Assembly: GCA_964602715.1 (NCBI GenBank)
Contig: CAZRSB010000005.1
Span: 1,105-65,104 of the forward strand
DNA from: an uncultured Thermoplasmata archaeon
GTDB lineage: Archaea; Thermoplasmatota; Thermoplasmata; Halarchaeoplasmatales; Halarchaeoplasmataceae
Direction: 5' to 3'
DNA: 64,000 nt
Positions 53,491 through 61,143 of this stretch are shown here, piece after piece. The notes under the pieces are model-generated. The model saw only the letters and a program-made list of their open reading frames with translations. It searched no databases and had not been told where the DNA came from. The translations under genes were made by a program, and so were the position numbers. Positions within the stretch are counted from its first letter, which is position 1. Every line of letters begins with the position of its first letter.

Positions 53491-56400
53491 ATGAGGGTAT
53501 TATTAGTCGATGATGAGAAAGCCTTTTTGGAGCAGGCTAAACTTTTCCTCGAAAAAGAGGATGAGGAGTTCGATATCACTACAGCTTCCTCAGCAAAAGA
53601 AGGTTTAGATCATATTGATAATGATGATTTTGATGTCATCGTCTCAGATTACCAGATGCCTGGGATGGATGGATTAGAGTTTTTAGAGAAAGTTAAAAAA
53701 GAAAGAGAGATGGATATACCCTTCATCATCTTCACGGGAAAGGGAAGAGAAGAAGTAGCTATGGAAGCGTTGAATCTAGGCGCTGATCGTTATTTACAGA
53801 AAGGAGGCGATCCTAAGAGTCAGTATGGGGTCCTCGCTCGAGCGATCAAACAGGAGGAAAGACATTACAGAACTAGAGGAGAACTTAAAGTGAGTGAAGG
53901 GAAATATGAATCCCTAACTCAAGATGTTATGGATAATTCGGATGTTGCGATGTTTATTTTGGACTCTAATTTTGAGGTAGTTTGGATAAACAAAGCCGCT
54001 GAGAACTATTTCGGTATAGAAAAGGATGAAGTGATAGGAAAAGATAAAGAAGAATTGATAAGAGATAAGATCAAATATATTTTTGAAGATCCTGATCACT
54101 TTGAAGAAAAGGTGATATCTACATACAAAGAGAATACGTATATCGAAAATTTCGAGTGTCACGTCTTACAGGACGAAGAGGAAGGACTAGATGAAAGATG
54201 GCTGCAGCACTGGAGCAAACCGATTGAAACCGGTCTATATGAAGGAGGCCGGATGGAACATTACACCGATATAACAGCGTTGAAAAAGTCAGAAAGAGAA
54301 AAAGAAAAAAATCTAAAAGAGCTTGAAGAAAGAGTCAAGGAATTGAGCTGCTTATACTCTTTAGAGAGAATTATCGAAGAGAACGGAAGTATTGAAGAAG
54401 TATTAAGTCAGATAAGTGAGTTAATACCCTCTGGTTGGCAATATCCTAATCTAACTGAAGCTCGAATTACCTATAATGATCAAACATTTGAAACGGAGGA
54501 ATTTGAAGAGAGTCAATGGATGCAACAATCTAAAATAACTGTTGATGGTAGTGAAGTAGGAAAAATAGAAGTTAGTTACCTTGAAAAGAGATCTGAAAAG
54601 GATAATGGACCTTTTCTCGAAGCAGAGAGCGATCTGATAGAATCTATAGGTGAACATATAGGATCATTTTTGGAAAAGAAAATTGCAGAAGTGGAACTAG
54701 AGAGTGAAAAAGATCTGATGGAACAAATTGCAGAAACTAGTCCAGTATGTATTACTAAAGTAGATAGAGATGGAGATATAATATGGGCTAACCAACGGGC
54801 TGAGAAAATATTAGGGTTGGATAAAAGTGAAATTGAAGGTCGTACGTACGATGATACCAAATGGAAAATCACAGATTTTGAAGACAGGGAATATCCTGTA
54901 GAAGAATTACCCTTTGAATTGGTTAAGGAGAAGGAGGAAGCGGTCTATGATGTTAAACACGCGATCGAATGGCCGAATGGAGAGAAAAGATTCTTATCAG
55001 TAAATGCGACTCCACTTTATGATGATGAAGGTAACTTTGATGGGATGCTAGCCACCATAGATGATATTACTGGAGAAGTACAGAAAGAAAGAGAGCTTGA
55101 GGAGACTAAAAACCGCTTATACGAAATTATCGATGAGCTTTCAATAGCTACTTTTGTTTTAGATGATGAGCATGAAGTTACACATTGGAATAAGGCTTGT
55201 GAAGAACTCACCGGTCTTTCCAAAGATGAAATGATCGGGAAAAACCAACCATGGAAAGCTTTCTACGATAATGAAAGACCTGTCTTAGCAGATATGGTTG
55301 TTGAGGATGCATCTTTGGAAGAGATAAAAAAGCACTATGGTGAAAAAGTAGATAAAAGTCCTCTGATAAAAGGTGCTTATGAAGGAGAAGATCGTTTTAA
55401 GATGAAAGGAGAGGAAGTTTGGATATTTTTTACAGCCTCTCCTATCGAAGATTCTGAAGGTAACAGAATAGGAGCGATAGAAACACTCCAGGACACTACA
55501 GAATGGAGAAGGGTGGAAGAACAGTTGAAAAAGAATAAGAAAAGACTAGATAGGGCGATGGAATCAGGAAGATTAGCATGGTGGGAGATGGAGCTTCCTT
55601 CTGGTGAAGTACAGTTCGATGATAAAAAAGCTGAAATGTTAGGCTACTCGCCTGAAAAGTTTGAACATTATTCTGATTTTACTGATCTTCTGCATCCTGA
55701 GGATCATGATAAGGCAATGAAAGCGATGAAGGACCATATTGAAGGAAATGCGGAAAGATATGAAGTTGAATATCGAATCAAAAAGAAAGACGGTGATTAT
55801 AAATGGTTTAGAGATGTTGGGAGTATAACCCAAGAGAAGGATAATCATACAGTAGTTACGGGAATAGTAATCGATATAGATGAAAGAAAAGAGATACAGG
55901 AAAGGGAAGATATTTTACATTCCATATTGAGACACGATCTTAAAAACAAACTTCAGCTGTCTTTAGGATACGGTGAACTATTGAAAGAGGGTGATCTAAC
56001 GGAAGAACAAGAAAAGTACTTGGGAAAAGATTGGAATATGAAACAGCAATCTATAAAGCTGATAGATACGATAGAGAATTTAAGAAAGACTTGGAAAGAG
56101 GAAATGGAAAAGGTTTCTTTGGAAAATATTCTTGCTACAGCAGTAAACAAATATGAGCCGGAAGCCTCCCAAAGAGACATAGAGATAGAAGTTGAAGATG
56201 TAGATCCTTACGTTAAGGCTGGTTCTCTTTTGGATGAAGTGTTTTCCAATTTAATACTCAATTCTATCCTACATTCAAAATGTGATGAGATAAAGATATC
56301 TACATCAACTAAAGATGAAAATGTGACTGTTACGATAGAAGATGACGGCAAAGGCATTTCCGATGATAGGAAAGAAAAAATATTCGATAGAGGGTATAAA

Positions 56401-56535
56401 GATGAAGAGAGCAGTGGTTCTGGACTAGGACTCTTCTTTGTCAAAAAGATAATAGAATCATATTCAGGTGAAATAACGGTTGAAGATTCAGAGTTAGGTG
56501 GAGCAAAATTCAATGTTATACTCAAAAAACCTTAG
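53491..56535 (+). CDS. hybrid sensor histidine kinase REC-PAS-GAF-like-(PAS)n-HisKA-HATPase
   Basis: Receiver, PAS repeats, IPSGWQYP...GPFL segment, LRHDLKN, DDGKG, GSGLG. Confidence 0.9.
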   Translation: MRVLLVDDEKAFLEQAKLFLEKEDEEFDITTASSAKEGLDHIDNDDFDVIVSDYQMPGMDGLEFLEKVKKEREMDIPFIIFTGKGREEVAMEALNLGADRYLQKGGDPKSQYGVLARAIKQEERHYRTRGELKVSEGKYESLTQDVMDNSDVAMFILDSNFEVVWINKAAENYFGIEKDEVIGKDKEELIRDKIKYIFEDPDHFEEKVISTYKENTYIENFECHVLQDEEEGLDERWLQHWSKPIETGLYEGGRMEHYTDITALKKSEREKEKNLKELEERVKELSCLYSLERIIEENGSIEEVLSQISELIPSGWQYPNLTEARITYNDQTFETEEFEESQWMQQSKITVDGSEVGKIEVSYLEKRSEKDNGPFLEAESDLIESIGEHIGSFLEKKIAEVELESEKDLMEQIAETSPVCITKVDRDGDIIWANQRAEKILGLDKSEIEGRTYDDTKWKITDFEDREYPVEELPFELVKEKEEAVYDVKHAIEWPNGEKRFLSVNATPLYDDEGNFDGMLATIDDITGEVQKERELEETKNRLYEIIDELSIATFVLDDEHEVTHWNKACEELTGLSKDEMIGKNQPWKAFYDNERPVLADMVVEDASLEEIKKHYGEKVDKSPLIKGAYEGEDRFKMKGEEVWIFFTASPIEDSEGNRIGAIETLQDTTEWRRVEEQLKKNKKRLDRAMESGRLAWWEMELPSGEVQFDDKKAEMLGYSPEKFEHYSDFTDLLHPEDHDKAMKAMKDHIEGNAERYEVEYRIKKKDGDYKWFRDVGSITQEKDNHTVVTGIVIDIDERKEIQEREDILHSILRHDLKNKLQLSLGYGELLKEGDLTEEQEKYLGKDWNMKQQSIKLIDTIENLRKTWKEEMEKVSLENILATAVNKYEPEASQRDIEIEVEDVDPYVKAGSLLDEVFSNLILNSILHSKCDEIKISTSTKDENVTVTIEDDGKGISDDRKEKIFDRGYKDEESSGSGLGLFFVKKIIESYSGEITVEDSELGGAKFNVILKKP

Positions 56536-56591
56536 AAAATCAGATTGTGTAATAAAATTAATATAATGATAAAGAGGTGTTAAAAATTATT

Positions 56592-58055
56592 ATGAAAGAG
56601 ATGGAAACAAATGTTTTGGAAACAGGATTGGAAGGGTTAGACAAAACCTTGATGGGGGGCATTCCCGAAGGTCACGTTGTTCTTCTAACAGGAGAATCCG
56701 GAACTGGAAAAACTGTACTTTCGATGCAGTGGCTATTTGAAGGAGTAAAAGAATATGATTCTCCAGGGATGTATATTTCAGTTACCGAACCGTACAGTAA
56801 AGCGATAAAAAATGTCTCTTCTATGGGATTTTATGATGAAAAATTTGTCAAGTCGGGAGATTTGAGATTCACTGATCTGCGGAGCATGGTCCAACTCATG
56901 GATTTCGGTAGAAAGGGTGAAAAGACCAAAAGAGAGGATGTTGAAGAACTAGTAGATAGGATAGAAGAACTCGTTGAAGAAACAGAAGCGAAAAGGATGG
57001 TTATAGATTCGATAACCGCGGTAGGTTACATGATAGATGATATCGAGCTTTTCAGATATTTTATTTTTAGATTGGGTACTGTTCTCAGTACAAAAAATTG
57101 TACGATCTTTTTGACTTCAGAGTCGCGAGATGGAACTACACCGTTCAACGTTGAAGATTTTATATCGGATGGAATAATCAATCTCACCTATGACCATGGT
57201 GAGGAATCTGTTATAAGGCGGATTGAAGTAAATAAGATGAGAGGAATAGATTTTAGAAGCGGTACTGTTTTCTTTGAGATAGGAAACGACGGTATTACTG
57301 TTTTTCCTAAAGTTCCTATCGAGCGTAAGATAGCCTCAACTGATTTCCAGAAAAGGAAAAAAACAGGAATAGAAAAGCTAGATGAGATGCTTGGAGGAGG
57401 ATTTCCTATTGGCCATGTGATACTCGTTACAGGTAACACGGGAACGGGTAAAACCACTCTGTGTATGGAGTTCATGATCGAGGGTCTCGAGAAAGGAGAA
57501 AAGTGTATCTTCGTCAATTTAGAAGAACCACTTCCGCAGGTAAAGAAAACAGCTCTAGCGCATGGATGGGATTTTGAGAAATATGAGAATGAAGACCTTT
57601 TGAGATTTATAACGCCTCAATTGATCGATACCTATCCTGATAAGTTTCTATATGAGATTTTAAATGTAGTCGATGAGATGGATGCCGACCGGATCGTTAT
57701 AGATTCTGTCTCTTCATTACCTTCTGCCGGTCTGAGCGAAGATAAACTTAGGAGAGTTCTGCTTCAGTTGAATTCTACATTAAAGGCAAAAGGTGTAACC
57801 ACTCTGATGACACACTTAGTGAGTGGACTTTTTACTGAAGAGGCAGGAAGATCATTTGGATCAACTCAAGTGAGTGATTTGAGGTTGAGTTCACTTTGTG
57901 ACGGTATTTTGATGTTGAGATATAGAGAAGAAAAAATGAAAGTGGGAAAATCGATGAATATCCTTAAGATGAGAGGTATCAAACATGGTAAAGAGATAAG
58001 GAGATATGATATCACTGATGAAGGGGTAAATATAGGAGAAATATTGGAGGAATGA
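56592..58055 (+). CDS. kaiC: two-domain KaiC-family ATPase
   Basis: Two Walker A motifs (GESGTGKT, GNTGTGKT), IDS Walker B, KMRG fingers, EE in the second domain, LSSLCDG at the phosphosite position. Confidence 0.88.
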   Translation: MKEMETNVLETGLEGLDKTLMGGIPEGHVVLLTGESGTGKTVLSMQWLFEGVKEYDSPGMYISVTEPYSKAIKNVSSMGFYDEKFVKSGDLRFTDLRSMVQLMDFGRKGEKTKREDVEELVDRIEELVEETEAKRMVIDSITAVGYMIDDIELFRYFIFRLGTVLSTKNCTIFLTSESRDGTTPFNVEDFISDGIINLTYDHGEESVIRRIEVNKMRGIDFRSGTVFFEIGNDGITVFPKVPIERKIASTDFQKRKKTGIEKLDEMLGGGFPIGHVILVTGNTGTGKTTLCMEFMIEGLEKGEKCIFVNLEEPLPQVKKTALAHGWDFEKYENEDLLRFITPQLIDTYPDKFLYEILNVVDEMDADRIVIDSVSSLPSAGLSEDKLRRVLLQLNSTLKAKGVTTLMTHLVSGLFTEEAGRSFGSTQVSDLRLSSLCDGILMLRYREEKMKVGKSMNILKMRGIKHGKEIRRYDITDEGVNIGEILEE

Positions 58056-58056
58056 T

Positions 58057-58359
58057 ATGATGGAAAAGCCAGAAGGCATGGGAGAAATAAAAGTTTGGAT
58101 CTTTTACTCAAGCAGTACTGAACCGGAGTTATTGACATTTTATGCTGATGGTTTAGCCTACCTGAGAGAACAAGAGATTGAGATGGAAGTTATAGATATA
58201 GCTAAAGAGAAGGAAAAGGCAGAGAAATTTGAGATAAAAAGCACTCCTACAGTCCTAATAACAGAGAATGAAGAGGTAATAAAACGCTACCAGGTTGTGA
58301 GTTACTTGAGAGGTATTCTAGAGAGAGAGGAACTAGAAAAGATAATTGGTGATCTTTGA
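58057..58359 (+). CDS. KaiB-like thioredoxin-fold protein without CxxC
   Basis: EVIDIAKEKEKAEKFEIKSTPTVL matches the KaiB/thioredoxin pattern; starts 1 nt after the kaiC stop; no cysteine. Confidence 0.6.
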   Translation: MMEKPEGMGEIKVWIFYSSSTEPELLTFYADGLAYLREQEIEMEVIDIAKEKEKAEKFEIKSTPTVLITENEEVIKRYQVVSYLRGILEREELEKIIGDL

Positions 58360-58537
58360 GGTAAGGAAGAAAGATTGGATTTAAGTATTTATTTCTCTGA
58401 TTATAAAATAAAGATAGGAAAGAAGCGTATCAAAACCTTTTAGATATTACTATTCTATTCAAAAATCGCTTAATTGTATATAAACAAGGGCCTAATTTAT
58501 TTATAATATTCTAAAAGTATACAATATATATATTTGA

Positions 58538-58570
58538 TATATATCGAGACTCGATTTCCTATTCGATTTT
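58538..58570 (+). promoter_or_regulatory. operator-like motif TATATATCGAGA-N11-ATTCGATTTT, copy 2
   Basis: Matches 48739-48771; upstream of the second MCP gene. Confidence 0.5.
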
Positions 58571-58755
58571 TTGATAATTTTTAATAATTTATTAAGTGTT
58601 TAAGCAATGTAATTGTTTGAAAATCTTTTTAGGTGCACTTAATTATTTTGAGTTTCTAATATATTTTTAATAATATTAGAACATGTCTAAAATATTTAAA
58701 TAAAATATCAGTTTAAATTAAACTGTTAAAAAATGGTAGATTTGGGTGAAAGATC

Positions 58756-60489
58756 ATGTTCGGAAAAAATGAAAAAATAGAAAAATTGGAGAAAAAAGTG
58801 GAGAAATATGAGGAGGCTTTCGATGATTTTTTGCAGATAGAAAAACGACTCAATGAGGGAGATTTGAGTGTTAAGATAAATGAAAAGAAATATCAGGGGA
58901 AAGCTAGGCAATTGGCTAAAGCATTAAAAGAAGATAAAAGACAGGCGTATAGAGCAGCTCTCCCCTCCAAGTATTTTGAGCTGGACGAAGAAATAAAATC
59001 AATGATGGAAGGCGATGCTAAAGTACAACTCCAAGAAAGGACTAAAGAACTCGACGCTATCAAAAGGAGTGATGAATTATTTGGTGAACTCGATGAAGAG
59101 CCGGAAAAACTTGTTGAGACATACGTACAGGAAGTACCGAATTGGCTATAATATCCAAAGGTAGCGGAAGCGAAGATACGAATCGGTGATGAAGTTATGA
59201 AATCTTCAGGATATAAGCAGAGTGATCATCCTTTATCCGTGAGAGAGACTACGGAATATGGGACTGAAATTGAGATTACAACTGTTTACACAGAAAAGAG
59301 ACCGCAGGAAGACGATGGCCCATGGCTAAGAGAAGAAAGAGAACTCTTAGATACCCTATTAGGTTCTATAATCAGCTACGTTAATATGTGGGAAGATAGA
59401 CAGAAAATAGAGAGATCTATGGAAGATATAACTAGTTGCATGGAAGAATTGAAGAAAGGAAATCTAGATATTACAATGGATGCAGCTGAATATGAAGGTG
59501 CTTTCAAAGAGATGGCTAATTCAGTCAATGAAACGATGGAAAACGTAAGAAGAAATATCGAAGAAATCCAAAGAGCATCTAGAGAAGTTGATGACTTAGC
59601 CGAGCAAACCGAAACATCTTCTAAAGAATTGAGTTCTACAGCTGAAAATATATCTAGTTCTGTTCAAGAAATCTCAGAAGGTACTTCAGAACAGGCTAAG
59701 ATGGGAGAAGAGATGAAACAAGAGATGGAGTCTATAGCGGCTAATATGGAGGAAACTTCCGCTTCCGTAGAAGATATCGCTGCTTCTGCTGAAGAAGTCT
59801 CTGCTCAAACTGATGAAGGAACTGATCAAGCAAACATAGCAAAAGAAAGAGTGGAGGAACTACAAGATGTATTAGAAACTACAAAAGAAAAGGCATTCGA
59901 GTTAGATGAACAGTCCGATAAAATTGGTAAAGTGATAGAGACCATTTCTGACATTGCAGAGCAAACTAATCTATTAGCCTTGAATGCTGCGATAGAAGCC
60001 GCGAGAGCAGGAGAACACGGAAAAGGTTTCGCGGTCGTAGCGGACTCAGTTAGAGAATTAGCGGAAGAGACACAGGAAGAAACGGAAAATATCAAGGATA
60101 TTATAGAAAAAACACAGATCAACGCTTCCGATGTTGTAGAAGGCGTAAAAGATGTTACTGAGAAATCAGACGAAGTTAACGAAGTTACCGAGAAGAATCT
60201 GAATTCATTAGAGGAAATAAGAGAAGCTTCAGATACAGTATCTAGTTCGATACAAGACATATCAGGTGCGGTAGAGGATGTGACCGAGAAAGTCCAAAAG
60301 GCCTCCGAACAAATCCAAAATATAGCAGAAATAGCAGATCAGAATTCGAATGCAGCTGAATCTTCTGCTGCAGCCGCTGAAGAACAGAATGCTTCTGTAG
60401 AAGAACTATCTAGCTCAGCTCAACAGCTTTCCTCTCTAGCTGACAATCTATCTGATATGGTAAATGAGTATGAGATGGAGAAGGCATAG
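58756..60489 (+). pseudogene. soluble MCP interrupted by a single in-frame TAA (59149-59151)
   Basis: ORFs 58756-59151 and 59197-60489 are in the same frame; reading through gives [16 protein letters not shown], paralleling IPSGWQYPNLTEARIT in the 53491 kinase. Confidence 0.8.
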
Positions 60490-60507
60490 ATAAAAAGAGG
60501 TGGTTAG

Positions 60508-61008
60508 ATGGGAATTCAAGAAAAGATTGCGTCTGAGGAGTCAATGCAAATTGTGATATTCAGGCTAGGAGAGGATTACCTCTCCTGTCCTATTTCTCAA
60601 GTGAGGGAGATAATACAATTAGAAAAAGTAACGCCGGTTCCTTCGACTCCAGAAGAGATTCGAGGGATCATCAACAGGAGAGGAGAGATAATAACCATTG
60701 TAGATCTTCCCAAAGTTATAGATGTAGGTTTAAAGCTCAAGGAAACCGAGTCTCAACTTCTGATATTGTACAGTGAGGATGAAAATGTTGGAGTGATGAC
60801 TTCAGAAGTCACTGAGATTCCAACTGTTGATACGAACTCCATTGAACCTCCATCTGATACTATGGAAACCCCGATAAATAGGGAATATTTGGAGGGCATA
60901 ATAAAACGAGAGGAAAGATTAGTTCTTTTCGTCGATCTGTTGGCATTGGTGGAAAATCTCTCTCAGCAAGATTTAGATAGAGCCGCTGAATTCGGTGAAG
61001 GTGAATGA
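60508..61008 (+). CDS. cheW: chemotaxis coupling protein CheW (paralog 2)
   Basis: Near-identical to 52866-53378. Confidence 0.9.
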   Translation: MGIQEKIASEESMQIVIFRLGEDYLSCPISQVREIIQLEKVTPVPSTPEEIRGIINRRGEIITIVDLPKVIDVGLKLKETESQLLILYSEDENVGVMTSEVTEIPTVDTNSIEPPSDTMETPINREYLEGIIKREERLVLFVDLLALVENLSQQDLDRAAEFGEGE

Positions 61009-61143
61009 AAAACAAAATTTTAATTTTTACTCTTTATTATCTTTTATTCTGATTTGATTATTAATATTAAAGACAATAATATTTATAAGGTACAAAGAGG
61101 ATATTTAGTACCAATACACCCCCAAAAATAATAGGAGGCTATA

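Noticed and set aside
59149..59151. Recoding (pyrrolysine/selenocysteine) at the in-frame stop
   Set aside because: The codon is TAA, not TAG or TGA, and TAA ends many normal genes in this window.
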